A stretch of 64,000 nt of DNA from an uncultured bacterium (lineage in GTDB: Bacteria > Zhuqueibacterota > QNDG01 > DTFT01): NCBI GenBank assembly GCA_963736115.1, contig CAVTNR010000014.1, positions 96,001-160,000 of the forward strand, read 5' to 3'. A program made the translations under genes and the position numbers. The notes beneath the pieces are model-generated. The model saw only the letters and a program-made list of their open reading frames with translations, ran no database searches and was not told the origin of the DNA. Position 1 is the first letter of the stretch; each line of letters opens with the position of its first letter. Below, in pieces: positions 26,467 through 36,129 of the stretch.

Positions 26467-28701
26467 ATGAAAATCGCATGGGTGGGTCGATTTCAGGTTC
26501 TTACACGGTTGTTTTTCGCCCTGCTTTTCTCCTCTGTCCCGGTCACGGATGCTTCATCCCCTGAATCCCTCGGCCCGTACGGCGGGCAGTTCGAGTGCAT
26601 CGGCGCATCCGCGTCCGACCCGGAAATCCTGTATGCGGGAACCTGGTACGGCGGCATCTGGAAATCGACGGATTCCGGAGAGCGCTGGAATTACCTGGGT
26701 TTCCGGGGAGACCGGGTGATCGAATCGATCGCCGTCGATTGCGGCGACCCGGACAGGGTCTTCTGCGGCTGGCGGGTTCCGAACAGCCGGACAAGCTCCA
26801 GCGGCGCGGCGAGAAGTCTGGATGGAGGCCTGACCTGGGAGGAGATATTCGCTCCCGTCCGCAAGGTCGCGGCATCTCCGCTTGTGAGAAACGTGGTATT
26901 CGTCGGCAATCAGAACGGTTTGTACCGTTCCACGGACGGCGGGGACGCATTCATCCGGATCGACACTTCATTCGGATACAACAATATCTTGGTGATCACG
27001 CCGGATCCGATCGATCCGGCCGTCTGTTACCTCGGCACGGATAATGCGATTTACAAGTCCGTCGATTCGGGCGACCATTGGGTCAAGCTGAGGGACGTCT
27101 TCGATTTCATGACGTATCCAGGCTATGTCAAAGACATCTCCGTGTCCGGGATCGACAACCGCATCGTTTTGACCGCGACCGGCCGGGACGGTCTCCTGGT
27201 CAGCGAGGACGGCGGCCTGACGTGGAGAAAGCGCGATTCCGGCGCGACGGGCGCTTTTTGCGATCCTGCGGACCGTGATGTCATTTATGCGGCCCATCTC
27301 AGCGGATTCGAAAAGAGCGAGGATCTCGGACGCACATTTCAACCGCTGAGTTCCGGACGATACACGTGGGCCAGCATGGTCGGAGGAAGCATTTGGGCGT
27401 ACGATGAAGAATCCGGCGGACTGCTGAGAAGCGGGGATCGGGGAGTATCATGGACGCTCGCGAACAGCGGGGCCTGCAATACCGAAGTCCTGTCGCTCCT
27501 GCATGAAGGAGAGGGCGGTCTTTTGGCCATCACACGCTCAGGATTCAGCGGTACGCTGATCCGGCTGAAAGGCGAGGCCTGGGAAATCGTCCGGGGCGTG
27601 CAGACGGGAAGCCGCCTATATTCAGGCGTAGAAAAGGATCGTCTGTATATGATCGGAGGATGGGAGGATTTCCACAAAAGCACGGATCAGGGGAACACAT
27701 GGGATGATGAATGCACCGGGCTTCCGTATTGCGTACCGGTGGATCTGGCTGTCGATGGAGACACACTGTATCTGGCCACTGTGATCGATTTCGAAGGGCT
27801 CGACGCTGGGATTTACAGGTCCACGGATGAGGGGGACACGTGGTCTTTGTCGAGCGAAGGTCTTCCGGGGTATACCCGGGAGCACCTGGGCATTTCTCGG
27901 ACAGGGCCGATCGACGTATATTCAGTCGCGATCGATCCGAGCCATCCCTGGCGCGTGTATGCCGGTTCCTACGGGCATTTTTTCAGATCGGACAATTCCG
28001 GGGGAAACTGGAAGCAGGTTTTCTCGTTCGACGGCCCTGAGCCTGGAGTGTTCGAGGCGGTCGTTCCGGATCCGGACGGGTCCGGCCGTGTCTTCGCGGT
28101 AGTCAACTTCTGGGATGACGAAAAACCGAACGCGCTTTATCGGAGCGAAAATGACGGGATTTCTTTCGAAAAAATCGACTGCCCGCTGGATCGGGTTCTC
28201 TGCCTGTATTTTGATCCGGACAACGGTTCCCTTTACGCCGGAGGGGAAAGCGGGGTTGTCCGTTCCACGGACAAGGGTTCGGAGTGGAAACGCGTCGGTG
28301 ATCCATGGGACCGGCAAGCCGTGTCCTGCCTGGCGAAAAGAGCCGGAAGCGATGAACTGTACGCCGGGACCGTCGAAAGCGGCGTGTACCGGATCCGTCT
28401 CGGCACGGGAGTCCTCGGAACCGGCAGAATGCAACCCGAGGCGTTACTTCTTTTCCAGAATCACCCGAATCCCTTCAACGCATCGACCATCATTCGTTTC
28501 AGGCTACCGCAGGCCGCGGTTGTGACACTGGACCTGTTCGACCGGACGGGAAGGAAGATCGAGACACTGATGTCCGGGTCCAGGGCGGCCGGGGAGCACA
28601 GGGCCGTCTGGCGGCCGGAGGGACTTCCGAGCGGCGTCTATCTGTGCCGGCTTCGGGCGGGCGGATACTCCGAAACCAGGAAGCTGATTCTGCAGAAGTG
28701 A
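26467..28701 (+). CDS. secreted BNR/Asp-box double beta-propeller protein with T9SS-type C-terminal domain
   Basis: Many S.DgG.tW repeats; C-terminal NHPNPFNA...LPSGVY...KLILQK. Confidence 0.85.
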   Translation: MKIAWVGRFQVLTRLFFALLFSSVPVTDASSPESLGPYGGQFECIGASASDPEILYAGTWYGGIWKSTDSGERWNYLGFRGDRVIESIAVDCGDPDRVFCGWRVPNSRTSSSGAARSLDGGLTWEEIFAPVRKVAASPLVRNVVFVGNQNGLYRSTDGGDAFIRIDTSFGYNNILVITPDPIDPAVCYLGTDNAIYKSVDSGDHWVKLRDVFDFMTYPGYVKDISVSGIDNRIVLTATGRDGLLVSEDGGLTWRKRDSGATGAFCDPADRDVIYAAHLSGFEKSEDLGRTFQPLSSGRYTWASMVGGSIWAYDEESGGLLRSGDRGVSWTLANSGACNTEVLSLLHEGEGGLLAITRSGFSGTLIRLKGEAWEIVRGVQTGSRLYSGVEKDRLYMIGGWEDFHKSTDQGNTWDDECTGLPYCVPVDLAVDGDTLYLATVIDFEGLDAGIYRSTDEGDTWSLSSEGLPGYTREHLGISRTGPIDVYSVAIDPSHPWRVYAGSYGHFFRSDNSGGNWKQVFSFDGPEPGVFEAVVPDPDGSGRVFAVVNFWDDEKPNALYRSENDGISFEKIDCPLDRVLCLYFDPDNGSLYAGGESGVVRSTDKGSEWKRVGDPWDRQAVSCLAKRAGSDELYAGTVESGVYRIRLGTGVLGTGRMQPEALLLFQNHPNPFNASTIIRFRLPQAAVVTLDLFDRTGRKIETLMSGSRAAGEHRAVWRPEGLPSGVYLCRLRAGGYSETRKLILQK

Positions 28702-28868
28702 ACCGGATGTTCGGCTCCCGGTCATCCACTGCGATGTTTTAAAGGGAATTCCCAGCAGACCACGACGCGGGAGTCGGGAAAAACGCAGGTCGGGTGAAGG
28801 GACCTGTCCGGTCGTGAGCGTGTTTCCAAAATACCGGCACTCCTTTGATCAAAGACAAGGAGAAGTGA

Positions 28869-29780
28869 ATGATCCGTTCAACCGGAGCACAGAGCATTCT
28901 CGCGGTTTGCATCTCCATCGCGTCGATTTCGGCCGCGCAGGAGACACCTGGAGACACAGACCGGTCCGGGGCCGGAGCGGACACCGACCGCATCCGCGTC
29001 GTCATGCGCGCGGACGACTTCGGTTTCACGAACGCAGCCAATCAGGCGTGTATCCGGGCCTTTCGGGAGGGCATCCTCACCTCGGTGGAGGTTCTGGTTC
29101 AGGCGCCCTGGTTCCTGGCGGGCGCGGAACTGCTCAGGCAGAATCCCAGTCTGGATGCCGGCGTCCATCTCAGCCTGACCTGCGAATGGGATAATTACAA
29201 ATGGCCGCCTCTGTCGCACGCTCCGGGCCTGCGCATGCCAGACGGCTTTCTGCCCGTTACCAACGAAGATTTCGACGGTCTGAACGCTCCGCTCCAATCC
29301 GTGGAGCGGGAATTCCGAAATCAGATAGAAACGGCGCTCCGCCACATCCCTCAGCTCTCGCATCTGTCCACGCACATGTCCGCGCCGACATCGACCCCGG
29401 CGCTGCGCTTTCTCCTTGTGAAGCTGTCCCTGGAATACAAACTGCCGCTTCAACCCGCGGGCGTGACACAGATGGAGGGCATGTGGGGCGAACCGGTCGA
29501 GAAAAAGGAGTCCTTTCTCGCGGACGCCCTGTCCGGCTGCGGGCTCGGCGGCATGATGTTCGTCTGCCATCTGGCGCTGGATGACGCCGAAACCCGGGCG
29601 ATACGCGGAACCGGGCATGACGCCATGACGCGGATGGCGGCGCATCGGCAGGCTGAAACGGATGCGGTTATCAGTGCGACGATCAGGAAAATCATAATTG
29701 AAAGGGACATTTTACTGGTCGGTTACACCGGTAAAACCCGTCCCGAACCGTCACGGGAAGACATGAAAACCAATCCCTGA
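28869..29780 (+). CDS. ChbG/YdjC-family carbohydrate deacetylase, exported
   Basis: RADDFG, GVHLSLTCEW, SHLSTHM; signal peptide. Confidence 0.85.
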   Translation: MIRSTGAQSILAVCISIASISAAQETPGDTDRSGAGADTDRIRVVMRADDFGFTNAANQACIRAFREGILTSVEVLVQAPWFLAGAELLRQNPSLDAGVHLSLTCEWDNYKWPPLSHAPGLRMPDGFLPVTNEDFDGLNAPLQSVEREFRNQIETALRHIPQLSHLSTHMSAPTSTPALRFLLVKLSLEYKLPLQPAGVTQMEGMWGEPVEKKESFLADALSGCGLGGMMFVCHLALDDAETRAIRGTGHDAMTRMAAHRQAETDAVISATIRKIIIERDILLVGYTGKTRPEPSREDMKTNP

Positions 29781-29840
29781 GACGGAACCAACCGGACTTT
29801 CACCGGACCGATCGGGCATGCCCGGATGGACCGCAAGTCA

Positions 29841-30136
29841 ATCGGGCGGCCAGAAGTCTGTTCATTCCGGTTCCAATCTTTTTAGTGAGTCGGAGATTGG
29901 GCTTCTGGCCGCTCCGACGGGTCTGATTCCCCGGCTTCGCCGGACCAAGCAATGAGATTTGTTCATTATTGAAGGCCCGCCGCTTGCCTTCAATATGATA
30001 AAAAAATATACTAGCTTGGTCCCGCGCAGCGGGACGGCGTCCATCATCCAAGTTACTTGTGATTCCCCGTTGCTTGTCTTCAATACTTTAGATATAGAAT
30101 AGCTTGATCCCGCGCAGCGGGCGGCGGGGTCCTTCA
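29841..30136. mobile_element. palindromic host repeat carrying three mini-element insertions (29931-29976, 29987-30034, 30077-30121)
   Basis: 296 bp = the 157-bp empty allele (58904-59060) + 46 + 48 + 45 bp. Confidence 0.85.
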
Positions 30137-30450
30137 ATCACGAATAACCGCAAGGAAGGTCCGGTTCCGGCCGGTATCTCGGTGTTCTCCACGAACCGAC
30201 GGGCGGTCAACGGAAAGACCGATCCCAATCCGCCGGAATCGGATAACCCGTGCAGACTGGAATGTTTTACTTTCATTTTGCCAAATCGTACATCCTTTTC
30301 AAACCTCCCCGATGGCTATTCTGCGAATATAGTTTATAATAATCAAAAACTTAGACATGGATTGATTCCGTTCATTCCGTTGGCATATTATTTGTAATAT
30401 GCTCAATGGGATTTCTCCGAAAAGGGATTGTGATTTTAAGGGGATTGTTG

Positions 30451-30633
30451 ATGAACGGAACTCAAATCCGGGAACTCCGCGTCACCATGGGCCTGACGCA
30501 GGAGGAGTTCGCCCACCGTCTGGGAGTCACCCTCTGCACGGTGAACCGGTGGGAGAACAACAAAGTGGCTCCCAGCCGGCTCGCCATCAGACAGCTTCAG
30601 AGCATTGTTTCTTCGAAACGGAATCAGAATTGA
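30451..30633 (+). CDS. XRE-family helix-turn-helix regulator
   Basis: IRELR..MGLTQEEFAHRLGVT..TVNRWE. Confidence 0.88.
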   Translation: MNGTQIRELRVTMGLTQEEFAHRLGVTLCTVNRWENNKVAPSRLAIRQLQSIVSSKRNQN

Positions 30634-30724
30634 AACGGCAAGGGATGCGTGTTCCGCGGAAACGCCGCGGCCGTGGGGGAGCGGGCCGGAAACGAGTTCA
30701 CCGATTGACAGGGAGTCGGATCCC

Positions 30725-31522
30725 ATGACTTGGAGTGACGCCGTCGGCGCCATGAATGCCGAGATACTCATCGTCGAGGACAGCCATACCCAGGCGCAGC
30801 ATCTCCGCCACGTTCTCGAACTCAACCGGTACAAAGTGACGATCGCCTACAACGGCGAGGAGGCCTGCCAGGCGCTTCTGAAGTTCAAGCCGACCATCAT
30901 CATCAGCGACGTGGTGATGCCCGAGATGGACGGCTACGAGCTTTGCCGGCGGATCAAGCAGAGCGAGGAAACCCGGAAGATCCCGGTGATCCTGCTCACT
31001 CAGCTTTCCAGCCCCCACGACATCATCAAAGGGCTCGAGTGCGGGGCCGATCATTTCATCACAAAGCCGTACAACAAGGAACACCTGCTTTCGCACCTGC
31101 AGTACATCTGCGTCAACCGGGAACTCCGCAAGAATTCCATGGCGGATCTCGGCATCGAGATATTTTTCGCGGGCCACAAGCATTTTCTCACTTCCGACCG
31201 GATCCAGATTCTGGACCTCCTCTTCTCGACCTATGAGGCGGTCATGCAGAAGAACCGGGAGCTCGAGCAGACGAATCAGCGGCTGCAGCATTCCCTGGAT
31301 ACCATCAAGACGCTCGGCGGTCTCATACCGATCTGCTCCCACTGCAAGAAAATCAGGAACGACAAGGGATACTGGCAGCAGCTGGAGATCTACATCAAGG
31401 AGCACACGGACGCGGAATTCACCCACGGATTGTGTCCGGAGTGCGAGAAATCGATCTATTCCAAGTATGCGACGAAGGACGACGGCCGGAAAAAGGCCCC
31501 CCGGAAACCCGCGGGACAATGA
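30725..31522 (+). CDS. response regulator with a C-terminal Cys/His (zinc-ribbon-like) domain
   Basis: ILIVEDS, ISDVVMP, KP; IPICSHCKKIR...THGLCPEC. Confidence 0.88.
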   Translation: MTWSDAVGAMNAEILIVEDSHTQAQHLRHVLELNRYKVTIAYNGEEACQALLKFKPTIIISDVVMPEMDGYELCRRIKQSEETRKIPVILLTQLSSPHDIIKGLECGADHFITKPYNKEHLLSHLQYICVNRELRKNSMADLGIEIFFAGHKHFLTSDRIQILDLLFSTYEAVMQKNRELEQTNQRLQHSLDTIKTLGGLIPICSHCKKIRNDKGYWQQLEIYIKEHTDAEFTHGLCPECEKSIYSKYATKDDGRKKAPRKPAGQ

Positions 31523-31929
31523 GGATGACATCCGACATGCCCAAGCGCATTCTTATCATCGAGAACAACGCGGTCTTCCGCAAGACGCTACGGATGCGTC
31601 TTGAGTCGAACGGGTATGAGACGGTAGACGCGGAGAGCGGATTGGAAGGCCTCAACGCGGTGCGCAAGGAGAATCCCGACCTCGTGATCACCGACATCAT
31701 GCTGCCCGGGCTCGACGGGCACAAGGTCTGCCGGATGATCAAGTTCGACCGGAAGCTGTCCCGCATTCCCGTCATTGTCCTGACATCGCGCGATCTGGAC
31801 CAGGACGCGGAGATCGCGAAACAGTGCGGCGCAGACGCGTTCGTCCTGAAGACCACACGGCCGCCGATACTGCTGGAGGTCATCCGCCGTCTGCTGGAGC
31901 GCGAGCAGACTGCGGAAACGTCCCCCTGA
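31519..31929 (+). CDS. single-domain response regulator
   Basis: ILIIEN, ITDIMLPGLDG, GADAFVLK. Confidence 0.88.
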   Translation: MRMTSDMPKRILIIENNAVFRKTLRMRLESNGYETVDAESGLEGLNAVRKENPDLVITDIMLPGLDGHKVCRMIKFDRKLSRIPVIVLTSRDLDQDAEIAKQCGADAFVLKTTRPPILLEVIRRLLEREQTAETSP

Positions 31930-31958
31930 ACCGGCGTCCACCGGACGCCGGTTCAGGG
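31924..31958. other. perfect 16-bp GC-rich hairpin inside the operon
   Basis: CCCTGAACCGGCGTCC-ACC-GGACGCCGGTTCAGGG, no T tract. Confidence 0.7.
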
Positions 31959-31998
31959 AGACACGTCACCCAACCTGGATTCAATGCTGGAGTTTTTC

Positions 31999-34335
31999 AT
32001 GTCCGAAAGCGTTCAAACCTGGATTCGGAAGCACCATGTGATCCATGCCGTGGCGCTTGCGTTGACGCTGTCTTTTTTCGCGTTGGGCCTGGCCGCCTTG
32101 ATTTTCCGGCTGGACCCGCCGGTGACCGCCCGGCTCCTGATGGCGGGATGCCTGGGGGGAGGCGCGACCGCTCTCCTGCTCGCATTTCTGCTCTGGCGGC
32201 GGGACGTCACGCCCTATGCACGGCTCTCGAAACTCGGACGGATGCTCAACGAGGAGGACCTGACCAACCTGACCTATGCGGTGACGGAACTGGCCCAGGG
32301 CAACCTGGCCGTCCGATACCAGGTCGGTTCCCAGCCTGTTCCCGAGAAGGACGGCGGAAACGAGGGTGCCCTCGCGCGGATCATGAACGGGATGGTCCAG
32401 AATCTGAAGAACATGTCCATGGAGTTCAACAGCCTCACGGATGTCCCCTGCCGCCGTCTGTGCTACGTGGGCGCAGATTCGTTCCTCGAAGGCCAGAAGT
32501 GCGGAGAGGTGATGGGGGAGCTCTTGGCGGGCAAGGGTAAAATCGCCATCACGACGGGTTCTTTTACCTCCACCGGACTCGAACTGCGCCGCAAGGGATT
32601 TCAGTGCGTCATGCGCGAGCGATACCCGGAGATCGAGATCGTCCACATTTTCGAAAACGGCGAGAAACCCGAACTGGCGTTCAAGGGAACGCTTGAAGCC
32701 ATCGCCAAATACCCGCACCTCGGCGCGGTTTACGTCACCGAAGGCGCCACCCCGTCCGCGGTGGCGCAGGCCGTCAAGGAATCCGGCAAGGCGGGACAGA
32801 TCCGGGTCGTCGGCCACGACATCACGGAGGAATCCGTCTACTACATCCAGGACGGAACCATCTCCGCGACACTGGGGCAGAATCCGTTCGCCCAGGGCCA
32901 TGATCCGGTCATCCACCTTTTCAATCATCTGGTGGCGGGCTGGCAGCCGTCGGTGCCGCGGCTGCTCACCTCCATGGAGGTGATCAACCCCTCCAACGTC
33001 AAGCAATTCTGGGAAATCGGGAAAGGGATGATCCAGTCCCAGGCGGCCATGCGCGAAATGGCCCATCCCATCCGTCAGATGCCCCGGAATCCGCTCCGTC
33101 TGGCCGTGATCGGCCGCGAGGACTCGGCCTTCTGGACCCCGGTCAAAAACGGCGTCCTGCAGGCCGCCCGGGAGCTCTCGGAATACAACACCGCGGTGGA
33201 ATGGATCATCCCCGAACGGTCCATGCGCTTCAAGGATTTCAGCGCCGCGGTCTACGGCGAAGCCATCGAATCGCTTCTGGAAAAGGGGTACAACGGGCTG
33301 GCCACCTGCGTCACGGACCGGGCCCTGGTTCCGTTCATCAACCGAGCCGTCGAAAAGGGCGTTCCTGTCATCACCTTCAACAGCGAGCCCCTGAGCCTGC
33401 GGAGCCTGGTCGCAACCATCATGGCGCAGGCCGGAAACCTGATGGGCGTCAGCGAACAGCTCGCCGCCTCCACCGTCCAGGTCAGCACCGCCACATCCCA
33501 CATCAACACCACCATGGGTGAAGTCGCGCGGGGGACCGTCCAGCAGAACGACCAGATCAAGCGGACCGAGGAGGATCTGGAATCCCTTCTGGGCAACATC
33601 GACCGGGTCAGCCACGAGGCTTCGGAAAGCGCGGTCTCCGCCGAAAGCACGGCCAAGGCCGTTCATGAGAGTACGACGGCCATGGACCGGACGATCGGCA
33701 CAATTCAGTCCATCGAACAATCGGTCGGCGAAACCGGCCGCGTCATCGGAGAGCTCAGCGGGCATTCCGAGCGCATCGACGTGGCGGTCGAGCTTATCGA
33801 CGACATCGCCTCCATGGTGAACGTGCTGGCGCTGAACGCCTCCATCGAGGCGACCCGGGCCGGAGAGGCGGGGAAGGGGTTCATGGTGGTGGCCAACGAG
33901 ATCCGCCGGCTGGCCAAACGGACGGCCGAGGCCACGCGCGAGGTCAACGAATTGATCAGCACCGTTCAGCGGGGGATTGTGAACGTGCAGAAATCCATGG
34001 AGGAGGGTCTGTCGAAAGTGCATGATTCCGCGGTCATGACCGACAAGGCCAAGGCCCTCCTGGGCGGCATCCGCGACCTGGTCGAGGCGAACCAGACCCG
34101 GATGAACAAGATCGCATCGGCCATCAGCAACATGCAGCGTCTTTCCCACCAGGTGGGGGGCGCCATGCAGAATGTGGCGTCGGTCAGCGGACGGAACGTG
34201 CAGGCTGTGGAGGATATCAACGTGGCCACCCGCCAGCTTTCGGACCAGTTCACCGACGTCGCGGGACTGGCCCAGTCGCTCGAAGTCATCTCCCAAAGCC
34301 AGCAGAAACTGCTTGCCAAATTCACGGTTTCCTGA
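31999..34335 (+). CDS. methyl-accepting chemotaxis protein with an inserted, circularly permuted sugar-binding domain
   Basis: Two TM helices, HAMP-like segment, RbsB-like halves, hairpin tip LALNASIEATRAGEAGKGFMVVANEIRRLA. Confidence 0.9.
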   Translation: MSESVQTWIRKHHVIHAVALALTLSFFALGLAALIFRLDPPVTARLLMAGCLGGGATALLLAFLLWRRDVTPYARLSKLGRMLNEEDLTNLTYAVTELAQGNLAVRYQVGSQPVPEKDGGNEGALARIMNGMVQNLKNMSMEFNSLTDVPCRRLCYVGADSFLEGQKCGEVMGELLAGKGKIAITTGSFTSTGLELRRKGFQCVMRERYPEIEIVHIFENGEKPELAFKGTLEAIAKYPHLGAVYVTEGATPSAVAQAVKESGKAGQIRVVGHDITEESVYYIQDGTISATLGQNPFAQGHDPVIHLFNHLVAGWQPSVPRLLTSMEVINPSNVKQFWEIGKGMIQSQAAMREMAHPIRQMPRNPLRLAVIGREDSAFWTPVKNGVLQAARELSEYNTAVEWIIPERSMRFKDFSAAVYGEAIESLLEKGYNGLATCVTDRALVPFINRAVEKGVPVITFNSEPLSLRSLVATIMAQAGNLMGVSEQLAASTVQVSTATSHINTTMGEVARGTVQQNDQIKRTEEDLESLLGNIDRVSHEASESAVSAESTAKAVHESTTAMDRTIGTIQSIEQSVGETGRVIGELSGHSERIDVAVELIDDIASMVNVLALNASIEATRAGEAGKGFMVVANEIRRLAKRTAEATREVNELISTVQRGIVNVQKSMEEGLSKVHDSAVMTDKAKALLGGIRDLVEANQTRMNKIASAISNMQRLSHQVGGAMQNVASVSGRNVQAVEDINVATRQLSDQFTDVAGLAQSLEVISQSQQKLLAKFTVS

Positions 34336-34954
34336 CAGGAGCCCCGTTCCGGCCGCCGTCCTGTTCGATCTGGGCGGCGTTTTCATCGATGTTCGGGTCG
34401 CGGACGGCCTGTCCGCATTCCGGCGTCTCCGGCCGGGGCTCAGCCCGGACCGGTTCCGGCGCGTCATTCTGGATGAGGGCCTTCTCGGACGCTACGAACG
34501 AGGCCGCATCGAAAGCCGGGAGTTCCATGCGGAGGCGGTGCGGCGTCTTGGTTGGCCGATTTCTTTCCCGGATTTCGTCCGGTGCTGGGGCGCCATGCTG
34601 GCCGCTCCGGACCGGAGAATGACCGGATTGCTCAGGCGCCTGGACGGACGCGCACTCCGGGTCGCCCTCTCCAACACCAACGAACTCCATATCCGGTCCA
34701 TCGAACGGAAATACCGGCTGCTCGGGCATTTCGACCGACGGGTGTACTCCTTTGCCTGCGGTTTCGCGAAGCCCGAACCGGGCATCTACCGGGCGGCCCT
34801 GGCTTCGGCGGCCGTGGAACCGGCCGCGTGCCTGTTCGTGGATGATCGGGAGGAAAACGTCCGTGCGGCGCGTCGGATGGGCATTCCGTCGGTCCGTTTC
34901 GAGGGAACCGTCGCGTTTTTGAGGTTCTGGGAGGAGCGTTTCGGACGGGTTTGA
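34313..34954 (+). CDS. HAD-family phosphatase (YihX-like); start uncertain
   Basis: VLFDLGGV, LSNTN, KP, FVDDREEN. Confidence 0.87.
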   Translation: MPNSRFPDRSPVPAAVLFDLGGVFIDVRVADGLSAFRRLRPGLSPDRFRRVILDEGLLGRYERGRIESREFHAEAVRRLGWPISFPDFVRCWGAMLAAPDRRMTGLLRRLDGRALRVALSNTNELHIRSIERKYRLLGHFDRRVYSFACGFAKPEPGIYRAALASAAVEPAACLFVDDREENVRAARRMGIPSVRFEGTVAFLRFWEERFGRV

Positions 34955-34966
34955 ATCGGGGCGGGT

Positions 34967-35929
34967 CTATTCAAGCAGAAAATGGATGGGATTCCGGGCG
35001 TCCCCGTCCTGCATGACCGAGTAATGGATGTGCGGGGCCGTGGATTTGCCGGTGTCTCCGGTGAGCCCGATCAGGTCCCAGCGTTTGACCTGCTGGCCGG
35101 ATTTCACAAAGACTTTGGACAGGTGGGCGTACAGGGTCGTATAGCCGAACCCGTGGTCGAGCATGATGTAGATGCCGTAGCCCTTGTTCGGCACGGCCCG
35201 AGTGACCGCCTCCTTCACCGTGCCGGCGCCGACCGCATACACCTCGGATCCCGGCTTGATGGATATGTCGATGCCGTTGTGCTCCTCGATCTTGCCGGTG
35301 AAGGGATCGATGCGTTTTCCGAATGAAGAGGACAGCCATCCGCCGCGCACCGGATGGATGGACGGGTAGTGGGCGATCTCCCGCTGTTTCTTCGAAATGA
35401 CGGTCTCCAACTCGGACGTATTCGCCTCCAGAGCGCGGACCTGGACGGTGATCCGGTTCAGGTCCCATTCGATGGGACGGACTTCCGAAAACTCGAACAG
35501 GCCGTCCTGCTTGAGAAACGATTCGGACCCGCCGATGCCGTAATCCACCTCGGGGAGGGACAGAAAAGCGGTGGTCCGGAGCTGGTGATTCCGCCGCTGG
35601 ACGTCCTTGACCTCGGTTTCCAGCTTGCGGACGCGGTTCTCCCAACTCTTGAACGTCTTTTCCAAAACAGCGTTTTTACGGCCCAGTTCGCGTTCTCGGA
35701 GGGTCTTGTCCGCGCGGCCGGCCAGCAGATTAACGCCGAGCACGATGAGAATCAGCGCCGCGGCGGTTCCTGCGGCAAGGGCCGCCAGTTTCCATCGGGT
35801 GAACGAGTGGGTCGAGAAGTAATCGCCGTCTTCATTCAGGACGGCGACCATGAAGTGTTTCGGGAGCACCGGGTTTCCGTACCTCAGAAAAGAATTGCTT
35901 CTTTCACGCGCTTTTTGTAAACTATTCAT
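34967..35929 (-). CDS. M23-family metallopeptidase with TM helix and coiled coil
   Basis: HNGID, YAHLS, STAPHIHY. Confidence 0.92.
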   Translation of the reverse strand: MNSLQKARERSNSFLRYGNPVLPKHFMVAVLNEDGDYFSTHSFTRWKLAALAAGTAAALILIVLGVNLLAGRADKTLRERELGRKNAVLEKTFKSWENRVRKLETEVKDVQRRNHQLRTTAFLSLPEVDYGIGGSESFLKQDGLFEFSEVRPIEWDLNRITVQVRALEANTSELETVISKKQREIAHYPSIHPVRGGWLSSSFGKRIDPFTGKIEEHNGIDISIKPGSEVYAVGAGTVKEAVTRAVPNKGYGIYIMLDHGFGYTTLYAHLSKVFVKSGQQVKRWDLIGLTGDTGKSTAPHIHYSVMQDGDARNPIHFLLE

Positions 35930-35967
35930 GCCGCCGGGCGCCGGCCGCGCCGCGGCGTTCCAGAATC

Positions 35968-35996
35968 AATATATAAAACAGCCTCGATTAAAGCAA
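35968..35996 (-). promoter_or_regulatory. sigma70-type promoter
   Basis: TTGCTT-N17-TATATT. Confidence 0.5.
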
Positions 35997-36129
35997 CGGA
36001 CAATTTGGCCGGTCCGCTGAACCGACGCCTGGATCCGGGGTTCACGGACACAGGGGACGGGCGGGGTGCCTCACGGACGCGTCCGTGAGGCACCTGAGAA
36101 ACAGGGACCGGCGTCCGAGGGGTGACCGC

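Noticed and set aside
29931-30121. CRISPR array reading of the box-spacer-box units
   Set aside because: Units occur in mixed orientations, at most three per locus, with 15-20 nt cores and no cas genes. An empty allele explains them as insertions.
26234-30400. Genomic island integrated at tRNA-Pro
   Set aside because: Accessory-looking genes follow the tRNA, but I found no integrase and no duplicated tRNA 3' end in the window.
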